Source of the DNA: an uncultured Actinomycetes bacterium
GTDB taxonomy: Bacteria; Actinomycetota; Thermoleophilia; UBA2241
Reading direction: 5' to 3'
Length of the DNA stretch: 64,000 bases
Assembly: GCA_963755025.1 (NCBI GenBank)
Contig: CAVWIH010000011.1
Location: forward strand, 64,001 to 128,000
The notes beneath the pieces were generated by a model, which ran no database searches, had not been told where the DNA came from, and worked only from the letters and a program-made list of their open reading frames with translations. A program made the translations under genes and the position numbers. Positions 41,418 to 51,544 of this stretch are shown in pieces. Each line of letters opens with the position of its first letter. Within the stretch, counting starts at the first letter, position 1.

Positions 41418-42645
41418 GTTTCTCGCCTGCACAGCCAGGGAGGCCTTCTACGGCGGAGCTGCCGGCGGCGGCAAGACAGACGCCCTGCTGATGGCGGCGC
41501 TGGCCTATGTCGATGTGCCCGGCTACCGGGCGCTGCTCTTCCGGCGCAGCTTCCCCGATCTCAACCTGCCCGGGGCCCTCATGGACCGCGCCCGTGAGTG
41601 GCTCGGAGGCAGCGCCGCGCGCTGGAACGCCCACGACCACGTCTGGACCTTCCCCAGTGGCGCCAGCCTGACCTTCGGCTATCTGGAGAACGAGAAGGAT
41701 AAGTACCGCTACCAGTCGGCCGAGCTGCAGTACATCGGTTTCGACGAGCTCACTCAGTTTGCCGAGTCGCAGTACCTCTATCTGTTCTCCCGCCTGCGGC
41801 GCCTGGCGGGATCGGCGGTGCCGCTGCGCATGCGGCTGCCTCCAACCCGGGCGGCCTCGGCCACGAGTGGGTACGGGCGCGCTTCGTCGATGCGCCGCCC
41901 GACGGTGGGCGCCTCTTCATCCCGGCCCGCCTGGCAGACAACCCGCACCTGGACCGCGACACCTACATGCACAACCTCCACGAGCTCGATCCCGTGACCT
42001 GCGCCCAGCTGCTGGAAGGCGACTGGCAGGTGCACCCCGAGGGCGTCATGTTCCACCGCGACTGGTTCTGCGTGGTCGAGCAGCGCCCCGGCTGCGCGCA
42101 GCGCGTGCGCTACTGGGACAAGGCCGCCACCGCAGGCGGCGGGGCAAGGACGGCCGGCGTGCTGATCGCCAAGAACACCCAGGGCCTCTACTGGGTCGAG
42201 GATGTGGTCTGCGGGCAGTGGTCGGCGCTACACCGTGAAGAGATGATGCGCGCCACCGCCGAGCGCGACGGTGACGAGGTCGACGATCTGGCTTGAACAG
42301 GAGCCGGGCAGCGGCGGCAAGGAGTCTGCCGAGGCCTCGATCCGCAACCTGGCGGGCTTTACCGTGCACGCCGACCGGGTGACCGGCGACAAGTGCGAGC
42401 GGGCGGCGCCGCTTGCCGCGCAGTGCGAGGCCGGTAACGTGCGTCTGGTGCGCGGCGCCTGGAACCAGCGCTACCTGGAGGAGCTCTGCGCCTTTCCACT
42501 GGGCTCCTATGCCGACCAGGTCGATGCCTCCTCGGGAGCCTTCAACAAGCTCGCCGCAGCGTGCAGCCGACCCTGGACGATCGCCGAGATCGAAGCCTGG
42601 GGAGCCGACGATCTCGAGGAGGCGAGACGGCTGCGGGGAGAATGA
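41293..42645 (+). CDS. Phage terminase large subunit (frameshifts)
   Basis: PTPKQAEFL, Walker A YGGAAGGGKT, Walker B IGFDEL, SNPGG.GHEWV; nuclease RYWDKA, EQEPGSGGK and DQVDA. Confidence 0.9.
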
Positions 42646-42882
42646 CGCCGGAACGCCGCGAGTCCGATCTCGCAAGCCTCGCAGGCGGCCCTCGTTATGG
42701 ATGGAGAAAAAGGCGGCATGGCTGCCGTCGCTCAGTCGGCGGCTGCGCGAGCTCGCGACGCTTTCCGACCAGGCTTCTCGAGCGAGGTCACGTGATTGGC
42801 AGTCAGCCCACCGAAGATGAAGACTGGGCGATGCCTGGGCTGACCCTCGGTCGACTGGGCCAGCCCACGCATCTTGTCGCCC

Positions 42883-43356
42883 TCAGGCCGGCGGTGTCTC
42901 GACGACGCCGGCAGGCTCGGCTTGCTGCCGAGCGCCGGTGGGAGACGCCTCACCCTGCGCCTCAGCCAATCCCACTGCTTCGATCTCGCCCTCGAGTGCG
43001 AGGCCTGCACAAACAGACGACAGTAAGGCGAGCACGATTGGAAGCGCCCAGACGCGCACGTTGGTCATGCGAAAGTCCGCATGCGTGTAGATCAGACATA
43101 AAGCAATCACTACGGCAGCTGCGACCAGGACGCCTCCCACCACCCTGCTGCGCAACGTGATCAGGCCACCGACGATCATGAGGCTCCCCATGGCGGCCAG
43201 CAGTCGCTGCACACTGACGGCGGTGCCGCTGATGCGCCAGACGCCGCCGACCGCCCAAGGATGCTCGGCGTGGACGTAAAGGCCGATGCCGATGGCGGCG
43301 ATGCCGGCCGCAACGCCGAGCCCTGCCGACAGTTTGCGCCAGCTTCGCGTGTTCAT
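42883..43356 (-). CDS. Hypothetical 4-TM membrane protein
   Basis: Hydrophobic helices; ATG overlaps the permease stop. Confidence 0.65.
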   Translation of the reverse strand: MNTRSWRKLSAGLGVAAGIAAIGIGLYVHAEHPWAVGGVWRISGTAVSVQRLLAAMGSLMIVGGLITLRSRVVGGVLVAAAVVIALCLIYTHADFRMTNVRVWALPIVLALLSSVCAGLALEGEIEAVGLAEAQGEASPTGARQQAEPAGVVETPPA

Positions 43357-44780
43357 GCCTGGACCTCCACTTCTAGGGCCAGCGGCGTCAGCTCCACCTC
43401 AGAGGTGACTACAGAACCTTCAAGGGCTTCGTCGCTGGTACCGCGGTAGATACGCTTCAAAATCAGGTAGGCGATCGGACCGCTGGCCACGCCGACGAGG
43501 CCGCCCACCAGGTAGTCGCTGCCGTTCGTAAACAGCGCGTAGATCGCAATCGCGATCGGAAAGCACACGTACACGGCCAGCAGCCAGGTCGGCATTGGCA
43601 CCCGGAACGGGCGCGCCATGTTGGGCTCGCGCACGCGTAACGCGACCACCGCGATGAAGATCGGGATGTAGCTGAACATCAGCAGGAAGACGTCGATTAC
43701 GATCAGCGTCGTGAATCCGTACCTGATGAGAATGGCATCGACTGTGCCCATCGTGAGGATAGCGATCCAGGGGGTGCCCCAGCGCTTGTGCGCCCGGCCC
43801 ATGAAGCGCGGATACAAACGATCGCGCGAGAGCTGATAGGAGGGACGCGAGCCGCTCGCCAAGTAACCGGTGTACAGGCCGAGGTTGCTGGCGATGGCGG
43901 AAGCGAACATGGCCCACAACAGGAAGGCGCCACCGACAATCTGGCCGGCCCTGACGAAGTCGACCGCCGTTCCGCCGCCGCTTGAAGCCATGTTGGCCCA
44001 GTTGCCTTTGCCGGCCGCCATGATGCCGGCCATCGTGCTGAGCGCATAGGTGATGATTACAATCGGCACGGCGATCATGATGGCCCGCGGGATCAGCCTC
44101 TGCGGGTTTTCGACTTCGGCGGCAAAGGTCGACATCGACTCATAGCCGGAGTACATCCACATCATGATGGCCAGGCCGAGGTTGCTGGCCGAGATGACGC
44201 CCACACCCTTAGGCAGGAAGGGCGAGATCGGATTTCCCGTCCCCTTGGCAAAGGCCCAGATCACAAGCAGCACAAACGGCACCATGACGATGACCTGGAT
44301 GACGGTGAGCGCTTTGCCGGTGAGATCGAGGCCGCGGATGTTGATGAAGGTGAAGACGGCCACCAAACCGATGCCCAGCAGCCAACGCCAGTTGTCGCTG
44401 ATGTGCCACTTGCTCTGGATGTAGCCGAGGGCAAGCGCGATGTAGACGGCCGAATCGACGTACAGCGACAACGTCCACCACCAGCTCGTCTGAAAGCCCC
44501 AGTACTCGCCCAGGCCGCGCCTCACCCAGCGCCCGAGGCCGCCCTCCTCAGGGATGGCCGAGCCGAGCTCCGAGGCAACGAGTGCCATGGGGATGCTCCA
44601 GATGAACGGCAGCAGGACGATCATGAGGATCGTGAAGCCTGGTCCTGACGACGACACCACGTCTTCCATGCCAAACGCACCCGAGCAGACCAGGGTAAAG
44701 ACGATGATCACCGCGGTGAAGATGCGCATCCTCACGCGTCGCAGTGCGGGATCGGTGAGCAGATTGCCAACATCGGACAT
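43353..44780 (-). CDS. APC family amino acid/polyamine permease
   Basis: CSGAFGME, ELGSAIPEEGG, WMYSGYES and RPFRVP; about 12 TM. Confidence 0.92.
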   Translation of the reverse strand: MSDVGNLLTDPALRRVRMRIFTAVIIVFTLVCSGAFGMEDVVSSSGPGFTILMIVLLPFIWSIPMALVASELGSAIPEEGGLGRWVRRGLGEYWGFQTSWWWTLSLYVDSAVYIALALGYIQSKWHISDNWRWLLGIGLVAVFTFINIRGLDLTGKALTVIQVIVMVPFVLLVIWAFAKGTGNPISPFLPKGVGVISASNLGLAIMMWMYSGYESMSTFAAEVENPQRLIPRAIMIAVPIVIITYALSTMAGIMAAGKGNWANMASSGGGTAVDFVRAGQIVGGAFLLWAMFASAIASNLGLYTGYLASGSRPSYQLSRDRLYPRFMGRAHKRWGTPWIAILTMGTVDAILIRYGFTTLIVIDVFLLMFSYIPIFIAVVALRVREPNMARPFRVPMPTWLLAVYVCFPIAIAIYALFTNGSDYLVGGLVGVASGPIAYLILKRIYRGTSDEALEGSVVTSEVELTPLALEVEVQA

Positions 44781-44913
44781 GCGAACCCCCAGTGCATTCC
44801 GAGGGGCTAAGCGCCCCAATCGAGCCTCGAAAGAACTACCCCCTCAGCCTCTTTTGCTGCTTGCGAACAGGGTAATGCGAAGCGGCGAGTCATCTAAGTC
44901 GCCCGTACCTTCC

Positions 44914-45265
44914 TCACTCCTTGAAGATCGCCCGGAACTTTCTGACAGGCGAGAGGTTCTTCCAAAGACCGGTGCTGCCCTGCGGTGTAATCAGGGCCTC
45001 GCCTGGCCCGGCGTGCAGCACGCGACCGTTGTCCAATGGTGAGCTCAACCTCACCTTCGATGATGTAGGCGACCTCGTGATAGGGGCTCACAAACCGTTG
45101 GCTTTCCAGGTCTCGGCGCCAGTACACCGCACTGAACGAACCCACCTCGAATGCTGTAAACGCCATCCCCGGCTGATCGCTGTCGTCAGCCTCGCGCGAT
45201 GATTGCTGCCAAGCTACGTCGCGCGCCGCGATGACGCACGCCTTTCTGTTCACCTCAGTGCCCAT
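44914..45265 (-). CDS. Cupin (EutQ/DUF861-like), frameshifted
   Basis: YHEVAYIIEGEVELT followed in another frame by PGEALITPQGSTGLW. Confidence 0.7.
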
Positions 45266-45354
45266 GACCCCCCTGTTGCAATTTCTCTGGGCACCACTAG
45301 TCATCGGTCCCCGCAGCCACGAGATCCCCTGCTCGTGCGAGCAGCGTCTCCTGT

Positions 45355-46026
45355 TCACAGCGCCTGACCCACTGGCAACCCGACGCCCAGCAGGGCCTTG
45401 GCGGCCGCTACGGCCTCGATGGCGTCTTCGGCGTAGCCGTCGGCGCCGATCTCGTCGGCCCAGGCGCGCGTCGTGGGGGCGCCGCCGATCATGACCTTGA
45501 TGGAGTCGCGCAGACCGGCGGCCTTCAGGGCCTCGATGGTCTTTGCCTGGTTGGGCATGGTGGTGGTCAGCAGGGCGGAGAGCAGCAGGAGGTTGGGCTT
45601 GACCTCTTCGCACTTGGCGACGAAGGTCTCGGGGGCCACGTCGCAGCCCACGTCGGTGACCTCGAAGCCGGCCGCTGAGAGCATGGAGCAGACGATGGTC
45701 TTGCCGATCTCGTGGATGTCGCCGGCCACGGTGCCGGCCACGGCGATGCCGGTCGCCTTGCGGCCTTCTTTGGAGGCGTCGAGGGCGGGCTGCAGGACGG
45801 CCACGGCGGCCTTCATGGCCTCGGCGCCCTGCACCAGCTCGGGCAGGAAGAACTCGCCCTTGCCGAAGAGCTCGCCGACGTGCTCGATGCCCTTGACGAA
45901 GCCCTTGTCGAGGATGTCGGCGGCCGAGAGGCCGGCGTCGAGGCCCTTCTGGGCCAGCGCGGCGGCGGTGTCGTCTTCGCCGTCGATCACTGACTGGGCC
46001 ATCTGAGAGTAGTGTTCGTCGGTCAC
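45355..46026 (-). CDS. Methyltransferase-cognate corrinoid protein (MttC/MtbC-like)
   Basis: B12 cap GEFFLPEL, GDIHEIGK (DxHxxG), SALLTTT, GGAP and IGADGY. Confidence 0.95.
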   Translation of the reverse strand: MTDEHYSQMAQSVIDGEDDTAAALAQKGLDAGLSAADILDKGFVKGIEHVGELFGKGEFFLPELVQGAEAMKAAVAVLQPALDASKEGRKATGIAVAGTVAGDIHEIGKTIVCSMLSAAGFEVTDVGCDVAPETFVAKCEEVKPNLLLLSALLTTTMPNQAKTIEALKAAGLRDSIKVMIGGAPTTRAWADEIGADGYAEDAIEAVAAAKALLGVGLPVGQAL

Positions 46027-46219
46027 CAGGTCCTCCTATCGGATCGCAGTCGGTCGCTCAAGCCCAGGGGGTGGGACGTGCCCGAGCGAGAGATTGTCGC
46101 GCTGAGCCCCGATAGCATCCGCGCGCCCGAGCCCACCGCCAGCGCCCCGCGTCCAAAGAGCCATGTCACTCACTCCCGTCCGGTTGGTTTGCCGCAAGCA
46201 GCTTCGTTGGGCCCTGCGA

Positions 46220-47647
46220 CTATCGGTCCACCGTCACCACGCGGTAGCCGGCGATCACCGCATCGATGTGGCGTTGCAGGTCGTCGGTCAGCGGCGGCAC
46301 CTCGTGCGAGGCAAGCAGCGCCTGGGCGCGCTCGGCAGCGTCGCTCACCAGGGTGCGGCCCAGGTAGCTCTCCCAGCCGTCGCGCTGGAACACAGAGGGC
46401 CACCAGACCTCGCCCGCCCGATGCCACTGTCGCGTGCTCTTGCGCCCCAGGTAGTGACCGCCGATGCCCACGGCGACGATGTCGTCGATGAGCGCGGTGG
46501 TCTCGTCGATCGGGCCGGAGCGCAAGAAGCGCTCCACCATGCCCACGAGGTCGCAGTCGAGCACGATCTTGGCCAGGCTGACCGTCTCGGCGCCGTCCAT
46601 GAGACCGAAGGCCAGCAGGCTGTCGGCGCCGGCAAGTGCCTCGGTGATGGCAGTGAGCATACCCTCAGCGCCGGCCTGCAGGTTGCTCGCCTTGGCGTCG
46701 CTCGTCACGGCACTACCGGTCACAGGCAGCCCGAAGTGGCGACTCATCTCGATGCAGATGACGTTGGTCAGGCCGACCTCGGGAGCGCCGCACAGATACG
46801 CGCCGTTGCGCAGGTCGGCGACGGCCGCTCCGATGCCGGCGATCAATGCACAGCCGGGCTGCGCGAGCTGGAACAGCACGACCGCTGAGAGCAGCTCGGC
46901 CATGTTGATGATGCAACTCCCGAGGACGGTCATCGGTCCGGTCGTGCCGGTGAGCGGCATGGGCAGAATCAGCACGGGAACACCGGCCCTGACGAGTGCC
47001 ATGGTCGCCTCGGTCATCTCACGCTCGTGCATGAGCGGGGCGATCGTGCAGTTGATGGTGCTGAAGATCGGGCGCTGCCACAGCGAACCACCGGCGACCG
47101 CCTCGAAGATCTCGAGCAACGGGGCCACGTGAGCGACCTCGCGCACCTCGTCCTGCAGGTGCTTGCTGCAGCTCTGCAGGGCGATCGATTCAATCTCGAG
47201 GCCGGCGGTGAGCGGGTCAAGGTCGCGCGCTGAGATCGGCGGCCACATGTAGTCGACTTCGGGCAGCGCGTCGAGCAGCCTCATGGTGTCGCGCATGTCG
47301 GCGGCGGTGCCTTCGGTGCGCCGCCCGGTCAGCTCGTCGAGCATGAAGGTACCGGTGCCGTCGCTGCAGAACAGCAGCGCGCCGTCGCCCAGCACGACGT
47401 CGTGACGCGGATCGCGTGCGGCCAGCCTGACCTGTCTGGGGCAGGTCGACAGACAGCGCTCCACGAGTTCCCATGGCAGCTTGGCGCGCAGCAGATCGCG
47501 ATCGACGTCGGCGCCGGCTTCGGCCAGCAGCTCGATTGCCGCCGGGCTGTTATAGCCCACGCCGACTTCGGCCAGCACGCGGGCCGTCTGTTCGCTTACG
47601 AACTCGCGTTCCTGCGCGCTAAGGTAGTTCAGCCTGCCCTTGGCCAT
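46220..47647 (-). CDS. Trimethylamine methyltransferase (MttB) superfamily, non-pyrrolysine
   Basis: GTTGPMT, AELLSAVV.FQL..PG, SDAK...QAGAE and VGIGGHYL; no in-frame TAG. Confidence 0.92.
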   Translation of the reverse strand: MAKGRLNYLSAQEREFVSEQTARVLAEVGVGYNSPAAIELLAEAGADVDRDLLRAKLPWELVERCLSTCPRQVRLAARDPRHDVVLGDGALLFCSDGTGTFMLDELTGRRTEGTAADMRDTMRLLDALPEVDYMWPPISARDLDPLTAGLEIESIALQSCSKHLQDEVREVAHVAPLLEIFEAVAGGSLWQRPIFSTINCTIAPLMHEREMTEATMALVRAGVPVLILPMPLTGTTGPMTVLGSCIINMAELLSAVVLFQLAQPGCALIAGIGAAVADLRNGAYLCGAPEVGLTNVICIEMSRHFGLPVTGSAVTSDAKASNLQAGAEGMLTAITEALAGADSLLAFGLMDGAETVSLAKIVLDCDLVGMVERFLRSGPIDETTALIDDIVAVGIGGHYLGRKSTRQWHRAGEVWWPSVFQRDGWESYLGRTLVSDAAERAQALLASHEVPPLTDDLQRHIDAVIAGYRVVTVDR

Positions 47648-47825
47648 GCGGTCCCCCCCCCAGTCGTGCCAACGCCCTGACGAATCTCGCAGCGTTACGA
47701 CGTAAACTGACGTTCAATCCGTCAAGCAAACCGCAGGGCGAGGGTGATGCCAAGATGCAGAACCTCTCAAAATCTCACCGTGTCTCCAAGAAAATCCTGC
47801 CGAAGCTCACAGCTTCAGCCTCGCC

Positions 47826-48989
47826 GTGCGCCGCAGGTGCGCCGTGTACCTGAGCCTCGGCCGGGCCGCCCGTGAGCTGGGCGTCTCGCCGGCCACCGTG
47901 CGACGCTGGACGGCGTCGGGTTTTCTGCCCTGCGTGCGCACCGCCGGCGGCCATCGACGCATCGCCAAAGAAGACATCGACGAGCTCTCCAGAGCCATCG
48001 GTGACAGCAGTCACCTCGAAGCCCAACGGGCCCGCGAGCGCGAGCTTGAGACCCTGGTCCAGGCCTCGCTCGACGTCGCGTCACGGCTCGACCAGACGGA
48101 GCTCCTCGCCGAGATCGCGCGCCACGTCACGCGACTGTGCCGCTGCCACACCTGCGAGATCATGGAGTACCTGCCCGACGACGAGGCGGTTCGTGTGCTG
48201 GCGGAGTACGACGCGAGCGGCCGGCGCTGGCCGACGGAAGGCGTCTACGACCTGCGCAAGATCCCCGCCACTAAGCGTGTGCTCGACGAACAGATCTCCA
48301 TGACCATCAACATCGACGACCACGGCGCCGACGCCGCCGAAGTGGCGATCATGCGCCACTACGGCGAGAAGAGCGTCCTCATGTTGCCGCTCGTCTTTCA
48401 GGGAACCGCCATCGGTCTGCTTGAGGCCTGTGACCGCGAAGATTCGCGCAAGTACTCGGCGCAGGAGCTGCGCCTTTGCCGCGCCCTGGCGGGCCAGGCG
48501 GCCGTAGCCCTGCACAACGCCAGGCTGTTCAGCGCCGTCCACATTGCCGAGGCCGAGACGGCCCTACTGTGCCGGCGCCTACAGGGGCTCGCTGAAGGGC
48601 TCGCCGAGGCAGACGGCCCGCTCGCAGGGCCACAGGCGCTGCAAGCCCTGGCCGAAGCCACGCGGGCCACCTTCGCGGCACATTCGTGCGTGATTGCGCG
48701 CCGCGGCCGCGTAATCGGCGCGGCCGTCGCGGACGACGCTACGACAGCTGCCCTGGAACGACAGGCATGCGTAGTCCATGACGGCCTCACCGGCACGGCG
48801 ATCACACTCGTGCTGGGCGAAGCGGCAACAGCGGCTGAAACGAAGCTCCTCAAGCTCGTTGTGACCATGGTCGCGCGACTCGCCGACCAGCGCCTACCCG
48901 GATCCCTGCCGGGGCCATGGCCGCGCGGCCCTGGGGGTGAGCAATCCGGCGGCAATGCTGCGTCGGGCTATCGCAGCCGGTGCGACTGA
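47826..48989 (+). CDS. Excisionase/MerR-type HTH + GAF domain regulator
   Basis: AARELGVSPATVRRW...RTAGGHRRI; GAF KSVLMLPL...QAAVALHNARL. Confidence 0.85.
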   Translation: MRRRCAVYLSLGRAARELGVSPATVRRWTASGFLPCVRTAGGHRRIAKEDIDELSRAIGDSSHLEAQRARERELETLVQASLDVASRLDQTELLAEIARHVTRLCRCHTCEIMEYLPDDEAVRVLAEYDASGRRWPTEGVYDLRKIPATKRVLDEQISMTINIDDHGADAAEVAIMRHYGEKSVLMLPLVFQGTAIGLLEACDREDSRKYSAQELRLCRALAGQAAVALHNARLFSAVHIAEAETALLCRRLQGLAEGLAEADGPLAGPQALQALAEATRATFAAHSCVIARRGRVIGAAVADDATTAALERQACVVHDGLTGTAITLVLGEAATAAETKLLKLVVTMVARLADQRLPGSLPGPWPRGPGGEQSGGNAASGYRSRCD

Positions 48990-49289
48990 AATCATATCGA
49001 CCCAAGGCGCGACGTAAAGTGGTATCGCCTGAATGTCGAGGAGGCAGCCGACCCCGACAATGCGCGGCGCGAGCAGGCCCGCAGCGCGCAGGACGCCTTC
49101 CGTTGCCGGGAGGGAGCTCCACCCTAGCAGGCGACACGAGGGCCCTAGCCGTCGTCTTCTTGGAACCCGGCCCGCCCGAGCAGAAAGAGCTCAAAGGCAG
49201 CCAGCCTCTCGCGTGTCTGCTCGGGCGTCAGAGAGGCGAATGTCTGGCCGATCGGCGGGGGCACGGGATCCGCGATGCTGAGACGATCC

Positions 49290-49544
49290 TCAGACGGCGA
49301 CGCGACGCTGCGCTCCACGTCGAGCCTCCTTTGCGCCCTGGCAGTACTCACACCAGCAGCCTTCGACGTGCCGCCAGCCCGTTTCGGGGATGTGGGAGGT
49401 GGTGCAGGCTCGCAGTCCGGGAGAGCTGGGGAAACGCACGGCGACGTCGTCTCCCAAGGGCCGATACTCGTAGGTCGCGTCGGCCAGCTCGATGTGTGCC
49501 GGCAACCCGGCGGCGCGCACCTGGGTCAAGGTCAGCTCTCTCAT
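49290..49544 (-). CDS. Small hypothetical protein with C-terminal HxxxCxCxxC motif
   Basis: GGAAGG RBS before ATG; WRHVEGCWCEYC. Confidence 0.5.
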   Translation of the reverse strand: MRELTLTQVRAAGLPAHIELADATYEYRPLGDDVAVRFPSSPGLRACTTSHIPETGWRHVEGCWCEYCQGAKEARRGAQRRVAV

Positions 49545-49964
49545 ATCCTTCCTCCCTGCGACGAGGTGAAGAGGCGCTCGCAAGGAGAGTGAGTCGACCT
49601 TCCTCCCTGCGGGTGGTGGCGACGAGAACTCTAGGGGCCGTTGCTTTCGATCGGCTTGGGACCTCTTGAGGATACACCCAGAATATTGGCGCGGTTTGAA
49701 GGTCGATGCAGAACTGTTTCAGATGGTCTATGACCACTGCGTGGACCTCGAAGTGGAGCCTGCAGGACTTGCCGCTTTTGACCGTGGCACTCATGGCGGC
49801 ACACGGCGCCCGAGGTGTCGATCTTCACCTGGCAGGTCTTGATCAATTCGACGTTACCGTCGCTTCGATCGCGCTTGCGGAAATCTCCAGGCGCAGTGGA
49901 TAGTCGAACAGATACCGCCCGCCTGGCGCCAAGGACAGTCGCTGCACCCGTCGAACAAAGGCCC

Positions 49965-50174
49965 ATGAATACGCTTGATTTGCTCGGCAAACGCGTCTCC
50001 TATAACGACGAGACGGGAGTGGTCGTGAATCACTCCGATCCTGGCTTCGCACGCCGTGACGGCCTGGCCGCCCAGCGCGGCAGGTCGGTCACGATCCGCA
50101 TCGAGGGCAGACTCGCCGCACACTTCGTCGAGGTCAGCGAGAGCGATCTCGAGCGCATCGAAGTCCTCGACTAG
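49965..50174 (+). CDS. Small hypothetical protein (SH3-like beta composition)
   Basis: AAAGG RBS; 69 aa LLGKRVSYNDETGVV...VEVSESDL. Confidence 0.5.
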   Translation: MNTLDLLGKRVSYNDETGVVVNHSDPGFARRDGLAAQRGRSVTIRIEGRLAAHFVEVSESDLERIEVLD

Positions 50175-50288
50175 GTAGCGGCGCCTCTGCCCCACGCTAG
50201 GCCGCCCCAAGCGGCCACGACGACCGTCACCTGCGCAAAACTCAAGGATTGCGACTACCCACCGATAGCCACAGCGATGAGAAGCCCT

Positions 50289-51489
50289 ATGGCGACACTC
50301 AGATTCTCAGCGCTGGTCGGCTTTGCGGCGATCATCTGCGCCGTGCTGTTCGCACCGGCCGCCCAAGCCCGCACCTTCCCCGACGTTGCCAAGAGCTACT
50401 GGGACTACGCCGCCATCAACTGGGTGACCAACCAGGGGCCGGCCGGTGCCAGGCTGCTCGACGACTACGCCGGCAAGAGGTTCGCCCCAGACCAGCCCAT
50501 CAGCCGCGAGCAGCTCGCGGCCGCCCTGGTGACTTCCCTGGGCCGCCAGGGCGAGAGCGTTCCCAGTCCCGTCGCACTGACAGACCTGCCCGCAAGCGAT
50601 CCCTACTTCCACGTCGTGCAAGTCGCCCTCGCCCTGCACTTCTTCGAAGCCTCCAAGGGCAAGTTCGATCCAGTGGCGGGAGTGACGGAGTCACAGGCTG
50701 ATCACGCCCTGGTGCGCATGATCTACCTGCTGCACCCGCACAACGACTGGAGCATGCTGCGCGCGCTGGCACCAGGCACCTGGCAACCCAACCCGGGTTG
50801 GAAGACGGGCGCCCCCTCGCGCCTGCCCTGGGAGGTCGCGGCACGCTTTCTGGGGCTGCGCTTCAACCACCTCTCGGCTCCTGCCCTGGAGTTCTCACCC
50901 GACCAGGACATCGATCGTGCCGAGGCTGCCTACATGTTCAAGGCCGCACTCACAGTCGCCCCCTGGCAGCTCGAGGAGCTGTCGTGGTTCGACCAGGTCA
51001 GCCTGCCCAGCCTGAGCGCTCGCCAGAGGCAGATCATCGCCTTTGCCTTGCAGTACGTCGGCTACCCCTACGTCTGGGGCGGCACCTACCCCACGCCGGA
51101 CTCGCCCTACGGACTGCAGGCCCACGGCGGCTTCGACTGCTCGGGCTTTGTCTGGTGGGTCCTGAAGACTGAACTTCGGCTACGCGATCCCCAACGCCCA
51201 GCGCACCGCGGCGCAGATGGCGGCCGCCGCAAAGCCCCGTATTCCTATGGCCAAGCTCGCTCCCTGCGACATCATCTTCTTCGGACCCAAGGGTCCCAAA
51301 TCCAGTGCCGCCTCGGTCTTCCACACCGCCATCTACCTGGGCAACGGCTGGTTCATCGAGTCTTCGAACTTCTTCGACGGTGTCACCCTGGCCAATCTGA
51401 AGTGGCCGGGCTGGTACTACGCTTCTGCCTTTGCCTGGGGCAGGCAGGTGCTCAGTCCCGCGCAGCTCGGCACGGTGGCCGGCACCTAG
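50289..51489 (+). CDS. SLH-domain + NlpC/P60 cell-wall hydrolase (frameshift near 51170)
   Basis: Signal peptide, FPDV..SYW and ISREQLA SLH-like; VGYPYVWGG, FDCSGF and HTAIYLG. Confidence 0.88.
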
Positions 51490-51544
51490 ACAAGCCGCGA
51501 AAACGCGTGCGTGTGCCAGACGACTCCCCGAACGATGCGGCCCC

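Noticed and set aside
46030-46220. c-di-GMP-I or cobalamin riboswitch before the corrinoid gene
   Set aside because: GGCAAACC is present on the minus strand, but there is no GNRA loop, GACGCAAAGC partner or B12 box.
46220-47647. Pyrrolysine recoding in mttB
   Set aside because: The ORF is open throughout, Thr occupies the Pyl position, and no pyl genes are in the window.
49610-49630. Second tRNA-Phe att copy (TGGTGGCGA)
   Set aside because: Only 9 nt are shared with the 39.16-kb fragment, which is expected by chance.
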